Position numbers and translations under genes: made by a program
Shown: positions 44,656-55,548 of the stretch, piece by piece
Layout of the letters: every line of letters starts with the position of its first letter
Numbering within the stretch: the stretch's first letter is position 1
The notes under the pieces: generated by a model
What the model saw: only the letters and a program-made list of their open reading frames with translations
What the model was told of the DNA's origin: nothing
Database searches by the model: none
DNA from: Auanema rhodensis
Lineage: Eukaryota > Animalia > Nematoda
NCBI GenBank assembly: GCA_964057225.1
Contig: OZ059900.1
Coordinates: 6,138,001 to 6,202,000 of the forward strand
Length of the DNA: 64,000 nucleotides
Reading direction: 5' to 3'

Positions 44656-45243
44656 ATGGTTAGTTATATTAAGTATATGATATAATTTTTTCTTGTTTAG
44701 GTAATCGAAAAACCCTTTTATAGTGATTTTGATATGTTTCTGGAAAAAGGTGATGCTTTAGATCGGGAAATTCGTGAAGAAGTTGTAAAACAAGAAGCCG
44801 TTGCTGAAGAAATTTATAATGAAAAAGACAGACGGGCCCAACGTATGGGAGCATTGATCAACGTTCCCTCGAATCATACTATGCAAATGCTGGATACTCA
44901 AAGACGATTGGAAGTCACTGAGGATGATCTGATCACGGAGATGAAAGAAAGCAATAAGCTATCATCTGAAGTATTGGAGATGAAGAGAAAGCTGGCACAG
45001 ATTAGAAGACTACTCGAAATCAAAACGAACGATTTGAGTGTGGAAGAGAGACATTATTACTTGATGCAAGTGGAATATCGTAAACTTCATGCAATGATGA
45101 TTGATTACATGAAATTCATTCATAGTCAATTGCAAAACTATTTCGACGAATGTATTCGTATACCTGTGGATGTGATGGAAGAATATCATATCCATCTAAA
45201 TCAATTCAAACAAGTGAAACGCCTTTTAAAAAGTAAACTGTAA
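44656..45243 (+). CDS. Uncharacterised ~181 aa alpha-helical/coiled-coil protein (paralog 1)
   Basis: ATG 44656-44658, a 42-nt intron (44659-44700), then an exon in frame with the 169-aa ORF: M|VIEKPFYSDFDMFLEKGDALDREIREEVVKQE... There is a TTTTCAG acceptor at ~44608 and AATAAA at ~45387. The protein is E/K/L/M-rich and homologous to the next gene. Confidence 0.8.
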
Positions 45244-45662
45244 GTTTGTGATAATTATTTTCATAATGATAACAAGTTTCTTTTAGTGATGATATGCAAC
45301 GTCAACCCATTGATGAATTATAATTGTTCTTGTGAATTAGCAATGTTATTTGTTGTTTTGTTTTGATTTTGAATGCCCTGCATTTCAATAAAATTTTTTT
45401 CTGTTATTTTTTTTATTTTATAGAAATACTATTTAATTCTATAAAAATGAAACTTTTTGCTTTAAAAAATTTGAAAAAGATTTCTTTTGCACATATAAAT
45501 TGATATTGTTTGTGTTTTAAAAACAAAAATTTGATTTTGTAATTATAATCAAGTTTTTGAGTCGATATGCTTAGAAGTAGGATAACGTAATGATCAACGG
45601 TTGTCAAGAATATTTAATATAATAATTTGAGCGCTCAAAAAGTAATTTTTTTGAAAGGAGTG

Positions 45663-45672
45663 TTGGCGGGAA
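45663..45672 (-). promoter_or_regulatory. E2F site upstream of coiled-coil paralog 2
   Basis: TTGGCGGGAA is the reverse complement of TTCCCGCCAA. It lies ~500 bp upstream of the ATG, with TTTGAA (CHR-like) a few bp away. Confidence 0.5.
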
Positions 45673-46162
45673 TATTTGGATTCTTACATTGCTGACATAT
45701 CATTTATCTTACGATATAACACTGTACTCGATATATTTTACAGTTTTCTTATTAATATTATTGATTTTTTCAATATTTTTTATTCGTTTTTACTTTTTGC
45801 TTATTTTTTGATATTTGTTTTTATTTGTATTTCTTTTTCATTTTGATTTAACTTTATTTGATTAATTCAGTATTTTATCTCAGATATCAGCTTTTGTATA
45901 ATTGTGCACAAAAAACAAAACTGCTGCATGATATTTGAGGAAATGTTTGAAAACTGATAACCAATTCGTCGTATCTAATAACATTGATCATGTGCCATTT
46001 AATTATTTTCACGAAGTTGTCTTATAGATCTTATTCATTGTTTTTTCTAAGGAATAAGCTTTGAACATTTCTCATTGACTAGCTACACGTTTGTTTTCAT
46101 TGATAAAGGTAAGCTATAAGAATCTTTTTTTCCTCGTATATTAATGTTTCAAGTTATTCAAG

Positions 46163-46618
46163 ATGCCATTCTATAACGATTATGAAATGTTTGCTAATGA
46201 AGGAAAAGTTTTCCGAGAAGAACTCAATGATGAAATTGCTGTACAAGAAAAAGAATGTGTACTGATCTATGAGAATAAAATGAGTTCTGAACAAAACGAA
46301 ATTGTTCAACTCATAAATGCCGATCATGAAGAACTAAATTCTCCACAACAAGTCCGCCAACATGATCCGAGAAATGAAATCTGGACAGACATAGAAGAGA
46401 AGTTTGCTCATGTTAAAAATATTCTGGACGTGAAAACTGATGAGATGTCTGACATGACAAGAAATGCTTACTTAAGCCAACTGGAATGCCATAAACTCGC
46501 GCTGATGACTGATTACTTGAAATTTGTATTCAGTCAAGGTGATGACTACAGAGAAGAGTTTCTACTAACGAAACAACATTTTAAAGAACTTGAACATGCT
46601 CTGAATATGAAATCGTGA
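46163..46618 (+). CDS. Uncharacterised 151 aa alpha-helical/coiled-coil protein (paralog 2)
   Basis: MPFYNDYEMFANEGKVFREELNDEI aligns to PFYSDFDMFLEKGDALDREIREEV of paralog 1. LDVKTDEMS..YLSQLECHKLALMTDYLKFVFSQ aligns to LEIKTNDLS..YLMQVEYRKLHAMMIDYMKFIHSQ. An intron at 46109-46153 is in the equivalent position, and AATAAA lies at ~46765. Confidence 0.8.
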   Translation: MPFYNDYEMFANEGKVFREELNDEIAVQEKECVLIYENKMSSEQNEIVQLINADHEELNSPQQVRQHDPRNEIWTDIEEKFAHVKNILDVKTDEMSDMTRNAYLSQLECHKLALMTDYLKFVFSQGDDYREEFLLTKQHFKELEHALNMKS

Positions 46619-47107
46619 GTTTTGTTGCAACAGTTCAGTTTATTGAGCCTTTCTTCCAGTAACGAATTGGATAATATGGAACAACGTGATATTTGAATTA
46701 ATACTATTGTAATAACTAGGTTTTTAAATTAATTTTACTCATAATTTGTAAATTATCGTTTTTCAATAAAAGTTTTTTCACCATTCGAATGAATTTCTTC
46801 ATTTTACTGGGAACAGACATAGAAAAGAAAGACTTTGGACTCATGTTATGTACATTTGAAAAGTTAACAATAATTGAAATTTTGAAAAATAATGTGATAT
46901 CTCATCAACCAAATATAGTTAGAGAGAGAGGAATTAAATCTTCAAACAGTATAATTCAAATATATTCTAAGAAAATATAATTAGATTATTGATTGAATAA
47001 ACGTGTAATAACCATTTTGAAACTATATTATATATAGCCTAGATTCTTTGTAAAAAAACAAGACAACCATCATTTACCGTAGTTTGCTCATGTATTATTG
47101 AATTTTG

Positions 47108-49736
47108 GAAAACATATCTGTTATTAATAGATTGATTAGTATAACATCTTGGTATAGTTGATGTGTTCCAGGTTAGTTGAAAACTTTCATTGGTTCAAAT
47201 CCTCTCTAAGAAATTTATAAAAACAAAAAATCTCTCTCTTTCTCTCTCTCTCTCTCTCTTTCTCTCTATAAATACGTATCCTCACTTGAATCTTGAAACA
47301 TCTCTGAGAACTCAATTCTAAAATACGACTTCAGAAAACTTCGATTCCAGCAAAAACTTGATAGAAGTTTACTAAAAAGAAATTCTCCAAACATTTCTGA
47401 AATATTCAACTTTTTAAGTTTATAACAAACATTATACTTTATTAAACTGAAGGAAATGATATAGACTACTATGAGCAGTATGGCCTAACGGTGTACTGCA
47501 TGGATTACAGGTTAGGTAACTGAGTTCAATACCTTTCTCTGTTTTTTAAGAAAATCAATATCAAATCGAGAATCCAAAAAACGGTCGAATGGATTTGGAC
47601 TGTGAAAAATCGTTCTTTTTCAAAGTTTTGAGCTTTGTAGCTCAGTTAGAAATTAATATTTTTCAATTTTGATTGAACGGGCAAATTGTGGAAGATGAAC
47701 TCTTTCATCTCACCAAATCTTAATATCCTATCTGGTCTAGTATAGAAGTTGTAGCCTCCTAAACAGGAGAGATAAAGTCAAAAACGTGACTTTGAAACGT
47801 TATATCTCCTTAACCGTTGAGTTTTTCTGGAAACTTTTTGCGGATCTGAATTCTACGTGAAAAGATCTTTTAGAAAAGCTGCCTATATTGAAGATTGGAG
47901 TAGTTTGAAATTTTGAAAAATAGAGAATTCGACCAATTTCCGGTTTGAGAAATAAAAATTTCGAGTTTTTTAAAAATTGAGGGTTGCATCTGATAAAGCT
48001 TGAAATGCTGGTTTCAAATATGAAAAGCAAATTTCTTCATTCTCATTGTGAAAGGAGTTATGAGACTTTTTATGTTTTGATGTTTTGTTTTCAGAAGGCC
48101 TTATCTACCTTCAGACGACATTTGAGGAATTTTTAGTTAACAGAATCGTTTTCTACGTGTCTGTTTTACTTGGTCAACTTAGTTTCAAATCATTTTGTTC
48201 GAATTTTCAATTTTCGATCAAATGGTCGAAATCCATGTACCCCTTACCTACTTTTTCATCAAAGTTGACCATCATCACATGAAATTTTAAGATTTTCACA
48301 AGTTTTTTGTTGTTTTCCAATTTGAAACAACTTCTAACTTGAGAGATTTGTAATGAAAGCAGTGTTCCACGAGAATCGGAATAGTCACAAGTTTTAGGTT
48401 AACAAGATTTGTTGAGCATCTGAATAATTGTTAGATGAGACAATCATTTCTTGAACTTTCAAAGTATATTTATTAATTCTTTTCTAATATCTTTAATTCT
48501 TATTTTTATAAAATATAATTAAAGAAAAAAACTTGAGAAAATCTTAAAATTTCATGTGATGATGGTCAACTTTGATGAAAAAGTAGGTAAGGGGGTAGTA
48601 CATGGATTTGGACCATTTGATCGAAAATTGAAAATTCGAACAAAATGATTTGAAACTAAGTTGACCAAGTAAAACAGACACGTAGAAAACGATTCTGTTA
48701 ACTAAAAATTCCTCAAATATCGTCTGAAGGTAGATAAGGCCTTCTGAAAACAAAACATCAAAACATAAAAAGTCTCATAACTCCTTTCACAATGAGAATG
48801 AAGAAATTTGCTTTTCATATTTGAAACCAGCATTTCAAGCTTTATCAGATGCAACCCTCAATTTTTAAAAAACTCGAAATTTTTATTTCTCAAACCGGAA
48901 ATTGGTCGAATTCTCTATTTTTCAAAATTTCAAACTACTCCAATCTTCAATATAGGCAGCTTTTCTAAAAGATCTTTTCACGTAGAATTCAGATCCGCAA
49001 AAAGTTTCCAGAAAAACTCAACGGTTAAGGAGATATAACGTTTCAAAGTCACGTTTTTGACTTTATCTCTCCTGTTTAGGAGGCTACAACTTCTATACTA
49101 GACCAGATAGGATATTAAGATTTGGTGAGATGAAAGAGTTCATCTTCCACAATTTGCCCGTTCAATCAAAATTGAAAAATATTAATTTCTAACTGAGCTA
49201 CAAAGCTCAAAACTTTGAAAAAGAACGATTTTTCACAGTCCAAATCCATTCGACCGTTTTTTGGATTCTCGATTTGATATTGATTTTCTTAAAAAACAGA
49301 GAAAGGTATTGAACTCAGTTACCTAACCTGTAATCCATGCAGTACACCGTTAGGCCATACTGCTCATAGTAGTCTATATCATTTCCTTCAGTTTAAAAAA
49401 GAATAATGTTTGTTATAAACTTAAAAAGTTGAATATTTCAGAAATGTTTGGAGAATTTCTTTTTAGTAAACTTCTATCAAGTTTTTGCTGGAATCGAAGT
49501 TTTCTGAAGTTGATATCGTATCTTAGAATTGAGTTCTCAGAGATGTTTCAAGATTCAAGTAAGGATACATATTTATAGAGAGAAAGAGAGAGAGAGAGAG
49601 AGAAAGAGAGAGATTTTTTGTTTTTATAAATTTCTTAGAGAGGATTTGAACCAACGAAAGTTTTTAACTAACCTGGAACACATCAACTACACCAAGATGT
49701 TATACTATTCAATCTATTAATATCAGATATGTTTTC
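47108..49736. mobile_element. Foldback / long-TIR non-autonomous element: ~1.2 kb near-identical inverted arms with ~215 bp spacer
   Basis: The left arm (~47108-48308) is the reverse complement of the right arm (~48525-49736). The ORF track gives identical 76-aa peptides on opposite strands (47800-48030 minus and 48808-49038 plus). Only scattered substitutions and small indels separate the arms. No transposase is present. Confidence 0.9.
47473..47534 (+). other. tRNA-derived Pol III A/B-box-like cassette inside the foldback arm (mirror copy ~49304-49365 minus)
   Basis: TGGCCTAACGG (47481-47491, A-box-like) and GAGTTCAATAC (47522-47532, B-box-like) at tRNA-like spacing. No convincing acceptor stem, so it is not called a tRNA. 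Confidence 0.45.
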
Positions 49737-50388
49737 TATGTAAACTTCAAATAGACTGGAATGTAGTATGTATGATATCTATAATATATAAAATAATATA
49801 ATATATTATTCAGATGAAACAATCAATTTATTGATAATAAACCACAAAAGATTTGGTGTGTATTTTGTTCTGAACTATGAACATATTTCTTTATAATTTA
49901 AATTTTTTCTTAAATTAATATCAATAGTGAGAAGCTTACATTCTAGTTTTAGTTACTGGATACAAATTTTTGATCAAAGTTGCCCATTATTTCACAAATT
50001 TTCGAAAATTTCTGAAATTTTCTGAAAGAAAACTCATCCTATGATAAGATTAAAATGAAGAAAAAGTTTAAAACTCTTCAAAGTTGGCATAATGAAGATC
50101 GATGTCGATTCGAAGCCAATATTAAAATGGCCAGTTTGAAAAATCTTTGTGAATATGTGACGGAAATTGTTTTTTTAATTTAATCCTCTTAATGGCCCAA
50201 GTTATTTTTTCATTTTTTTAAAATCATAATGTTAAAATTTCTTTCAACGTACCTATTCTGAATACAGTTTTTGGAGAAAAAACTGAGTGATTATGAAAGA
50301 AATTACGATTGTGTTATATAGATTACACTTATTATATACATATACATTTTTAGATACTTTATTTCAACTTATTTTTATTTAAAAATAT

Positions 50389-51126
50389 TTATTGTTTTAT
50401 AAGCTTAAACATGTTTTTTTTCCAATCAACATCGATAGACAACTTCAAATTTTCCATTGCATTTGCTCCAAGAATATTAACAAACTTGAAATTGCCTTTT
50501 GAAACTTGACATTCGATATTGCTTTCCTGGTCCTAAATATTCGTAACTATTTATTAAATTACACACAAAGGAGAAAACTAACTTGAATCGAAAAACTGTA
50601 GAGAGATCGAGTAGCTTTTCCTGAGCCAAAGAACGCCTCTAATGACTTCACAGTAAGACATGTGAAAGGGGAAGCAGTGTCAACGAAGAACCAAACGAGC
50701 ATGGCTTTCAAATCCTTTTTACCAGCAGGCTGACAAACCAAAGGAATCATTAAGCGATTGTTTAGACCATGAATACAACCACTGACTGGAAAAGCTGGAG
50801 AAACAAAATTGCTGGGACTTGTGAAGTGTTCAATTTCATTATGGTGGCCAATCTCAAAACACAAAATTTAGAATAAATCATAAAAACCTTTATCCTACTT
50901 TTATGAGAACTTCCTCTGTGATATCACTTAGCACAACGTCAAATTCTTTAAAAGGAATAGCCAACTTAGAGAAATATAATGTAAAGATTGTAAAAAGAAA
51001 AATATATACTTACTTCATAATACGTATCTGTCGAATTCTGAAAATCTCTCATTCTAATTGAATTGATTAATACAGCTAAAAATAAAAAAAAGGAATAAAA
51101 CAAAAATTGTGAACTAACGCAAACAT
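50389..51126 (-). CDS. Stand-alone retropepsin-like (clan AA, peptidase A2-like) aspartic protease domain protein
   Basis: Exons LAIPFKEFDVVLSDITEEVLIK|IGHHNE..RLMIPLVC..VWFFVDTASPFTCLTVKSLEAF..SFSIQ|DQESNIECQVSKGNFKFVNILGANAMENLKLSIDVDWKKNMFKLIKQ*. It has a D-T-(A for G)-S catalytic motif plus the downstream NILG motif. The 5' exons (MFA|IRQIRIMK) join with a 1-nt phase problem. Confidence 0.7.
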
Positions 51127-51309
51127 GAAAAATAAACAAATACTACTATCTCGGAGAATGTATAATCTCAATATAATACGAAAACAAAAAGCGGGAAATA
51201 TTATATAAAGTTATTACAGATCATAGCTGAATCAACAAACTACAACAAGATGTGAATATAGAAACTATCTTCCACTATAACCAATGATCAAAATTTTGAA
51301 AAATTGACT

Positions 51310-51462
51310 AGACAACGATCATGTACCGTAGTTTGCTCGAGTATTATTGAATTTTTGAAACAAGAAGTGAATTTAGGAATTATCTACCACTCTAACCAGA
51401 AATATATCTGATATTAATAGATTGAACAGTATGACATCTTGGTGTAGTTGATGTGTTTCAGT
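51310..51462 (+). repeat. Dispersed direct copy of 47061-47172 (outer end of the foldback element)
   Basis: AGACAACGATCATGTACCGTAGTTTGCTCGAGTATTATTGAATTTT vs AGACAACCATCATTTACCGTAGTTTGCTCATGTATTATTGAATTTT. After a ~40 bp insertion, ATATCTG.TATTAATAGATTGA..AGTAT.ACATCTTGGT.TAGTTGATGTGTT is again shared. Confidence 0.8.
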
Positions 51463-51779
51463 TGGACAGAAGTGTGTAAACCAAACTTAACATCAAATAA
51501 CAAATCTACCAGAAGACTAAATTGATGAAAAAAATGAAATTTTAAATAGCTTCATAGGAAGCTCTTCTCACCTTCAATTTCCAATTAAAATTACCAAAAT
51601 CGTAATACCATAATTGTTAGAAATATGATTGCTTTGTACTTTTGAGACTCTAAAGGCAGAAGCAATGCTAGGTACTCAACATAATTCAATAATGACATTA
51701 AAAATTTCAAAATTATGAGACTCAAAAGTATTTCGAAATTCTATGTTGTTCAGAAGCTTTGATATTTCTTACAACTCAA

Positions 51780-53487
51780 TGTTGATTCTGAAATATTAAA
51801 CCAGAAAAAAGATAAAAAAGTGAGATCTGTCTTGCATTTCTTGAATATATATAGGGATTTTTACCTTTTATCTTCTCAAAACTTACGATTTCATATCCGA
51901 ATTGTATCCAAGTTCTTTCAAATGTCCATTTGTAAATAGTGAATCTTTCTCTGTAATCATCACTTCGACTAAACTTCAAATAAAGTTGTTGGCCTTGTAT
52001 GATTTCCCCACTTATAGAGTGAGGATCCAAAAATTGTCGTATGGGTCTTGTTAGGCCACATGCATAGTTTGAAACTAGAGTCAACAGTAAAGTTGATTGC
52101 ATTGTGTTTATAGTGTGCCGTATACCATCTGGGTGGCATGAAAAGATATTTCACTTCAAGTTGTGTGAACAAATGTGAGATTGTTTGGTATAAAGTATTT
52201 CAGAAGATTTTTTTCAAACACACTAAAGCAAAAACAATTAATATTATTTATATTTATCGCTAATAGTTTCAATTGAATAATAGCAACAGTGATAAATCAA
52301 TTTAATTAGATTATAATGATATAATAATGATTGTTATTCTTGTACACTATTCGTCTTGAGGAATAGTTATGGTATAAACTGCTTTTTCTTCAAACATGTT
52401 TGTTGTTGTTAATGCTTTTGAGCTAAGAGAATTTGCTAGCAATTGAGATTTTTCCATCCATCTATAATATATTTGATTTTATTTAGAAAATTTTCAAATT
52501 GTTCTACTCAATTAAAGTTTTGCATTCGTAATTTCCTTGATAGATATATGCTTGTTCATTGATGAAACTGAAAAGCATTGGTTCACTCGGAATATTGTAC
52601 TCAGTTTCACAAATATGTTTCTCCAAAAAACACGAAGAAAAAACAAATTTAATCTGAATATCAACCAGTTACTATATCTCTGAAAAGGTGCATACATTCT
52701 TTTCACTGTATGCTTTAGCCAGAGATTGAAAATCCGTTCTTAGAGTAACGTACTCATTAGATACATGTCCTGAATATAGGAAAAGTACAGTTATATAGGC
52801 TGGTTTCTTTATTCTAAACAAGTTAAAATTATGGTCATTCGTTTGGATTTGAAATACTTTTTCATATCTATTGCCTGATTAAAGTATTCTACAACACTGT
52901 TGCCTCCAAAAAAATTTCCAAACTGAATACGTGGATACTGCAACGAAAATGAGCTGAAACACTTCTTTGATTGACAGATATCTGATATTGCCGCAAACTT
53001 TGTTGGTTCCAAAATAGGTATAGCCAATATGAAAAAAACAAAGACAAAGAGAAAACCCAAGCATAAGCATCCATCTACAGGCTTATGATCCGTATTTGTG
53101 GGAGTACACGGTTCATCTATCTGATAGGCTTCGTCGTCTTCAGGTGCCAATACAGGATCAATGTCTAATCTATTCAAAGTGCGAACCAGCTCTGAAACGT
53201 TTCGATATTGTTGTGCTCAGGCAAGCCTCACCTTCGCGAGATAGCTTTTCTGGCCGTGTGTTTTTATTTGTACTTCTAGTTTCATATTCCGATTCTGCGG
53301 TAGTAATGCTCTCAACAGTTGTAGCAGTAACTGGTTCTACAATTCATTTCTTTGTTAGAAAAAAATAGTTTCTGAATTTGTTTCTGAATTTTTTTCTTGA
53401 AAATGTATCGTAAATGTTTTGAGATAAAAAAAGAAAATTTAAACCTCTAGGTCTTTTTCTTCTGTTCCTAAGAGTTGTTGTTTTCAT
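51780..53487 (-). pseudogene. TXNDC11-like single-pass membrane thioredoxin-fold protein, apparently disabled
   Basis: Exons 53487-53445, 53336-53232 and 53191-~52815 splice in frame: MKTTTLRNRRKRPR|EPVTATT..SRE|ELVRTLNRLD..TM(CLCLGFLFVFVFFILAIPIL)..FGNFFGGNSVVEYFNQAIDMKKYFKSKRMTIILTCL. They are followed by GHVSNEYVTLRTDFQSLAKAYSEKN|IKFVFSSCFLEKHICETEYNIPSEPMLFSFINEQAYIYQGNYECKTLIE, a thioredoxin-fold pattern without CxxC. A splice donor is missing at ~52814 and there are stops/frameshifts downstream. The 3' limit is approximate. Confidence 0.55.
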
Positions 53488-55548
53488 TATAGAACAAAGA
53501 GAAAAATACAAAATGCACACAAGTCTAAAATTCATATCAAAATAAGCAGATATTTTTAGAACATTTGAATCAACTTAAAAAATAAATAAGATAGAAAAAC
53601 GAAATAATTGCCACAACGGTGTGCTGTTCAACTGACAAATCAGTTAATATGAGCAGTTGCATTGATACATTTGCGTATTAATAGCATTGAGCCATATGAT
53701 TGCTTAGCTCTAAGTCACGCCCCAATAGCCTCCAGATAATTACTTCAACATAAAACCGAATGGCATACATAATATAATGATATACTAAACTTATCGGTTG
53801 TGTGAAAAAAGCGGAACAAAACTCGATTAATCCGGTGATGAGTTTATTGATATATATTCTAAAAGTAGTAGCAAATGTAATTATTCGTATCTACAAATTT
53901 CTTTGTGAAATTACTTCTCGTTGTAATAGGCCAAATGATGAAATAATCAGAAACGTATCTGTTTTAATGACGTATATCTCTATAACTAAAGGATTAAATT
54001 ACTCATCTGAAAATAGCATATTTTGCGTAATCCATATGAATTTTCAGTAAACAAAATATTTATTATATTGTGAGCATCTTTACGTTATGCCATTATATGA
54101 TGAAAAACTAAGAACTGGAAATCATTTGGAATATTTGTTTTCTAATATTCAATATTGAAAGAAGAGGAAGTTTCTGCATTTGTGTTAAAATGAATCCAGC
54201 TATGTTGAGAGATTTTTCGACAAGTATAAGCACGTTGAGGTGAAGGTGATAGGAATACCCGTTTGTAGCTTGGTAAATTGAATTCTCATTTCCTCATGAC
54301 CATGCAGGATGCAAAGGGAAATATAATTCCGTTATTATTCGTTCCTACTTTTAGTAATCAAATATAGATGAGGTTGTAGAAATAAAATATGATTACGTAG
54401 AGATAAATATTATAAACGAACACATATGATTAGAAATTTATTCAGTTAATAACATAAAACGATAATAAGTGTTGGAAAGTTATTTCACAGTCAGCTCTTA
54501 AGTATATTTGTTGTTGTTGGTATTGTTGTTTTTGTTTTCTTTTTCTTTACACCAATTGGGCTACTAGATCAAATGAAAGGAGAAAAATGTACAATTTCAG
54601 TCAAGAAAAAAAGAATTTTAATCAGCTCTAAAAATACCACAAATTATTTGGAAAAGAATCATTAAATGAATCAATGCTAGATCGAAATGTATTTCAATTT
54701 CGTTACGATGTAAGATGTTGGACAAAACATATTCATAAGCAAACATGGTGTAGATATTGAGAATGTTGAGATTAAAGTTATCTATCTCTTATTTTGGAAT
54801 ATATTCGATATAAAGGAAAAATGAAGAACAAAAAAAACTTTTTTTTTAAATTTTAACAAAATCACACACATCTCAAAAAAAAATTGGAAAGAATTAATTG
54901 CTGAAAAGCGTCATGTGTGTGGCATTTGAGGACTATGACACTGCTGAAGGAACATTGCACACAAGACTAGTCAATTACACAAACGGTTATCAAGAAAAAG
55001 AAAAAAAATGATATTATCAAACATCAAGATGATATTGATACAATCATTTTGGATGAACAAACTACATAATCGTTCTGTGGAATATATATCTTTTCTTGTG
55101 GAAACTGTTTTCAACGGGCAAAAATGGGCCAAATATATTATGTAAAATATCAAACAGATAATCCATAACAAAACTTCTGTATGAATTGAAAATATTTGAG
55201 AAATGATTGGAAAAAAAAATTTTATTTCAAAAATACCAGACGATTTGATGGCAACTTGTTATTAAAGAGATACCGTTTTGAATAGCCCAGATTCGACTAG
55301 AGAAATGAGATTGATTTGTCATCATGCTTTAACACAAATAAGTTATGAGAATTACAAAATAAAAAGAGCGATTGTGAGAGTGTAAATGATATTAAGAGAT
55401 GAATAATTATTTTTTTATATATAAATTCAATTATAAATATATCTATATCTATGTATTTTTGTAAAAATGATTATTTTTGGTGCTGATTCATTTTCATTTG
55501 TGGATTTATAAAAGGTTAATGTTATGAGAAAAATGTATAGAGAAAGCT

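Noticed and set aside
47800-49038. Duplicated 65-76 aa ORFs on opposite strands
   Set aside because: These are by-products of the inverted repeat, with non-ATG starts and no recognisable domain.
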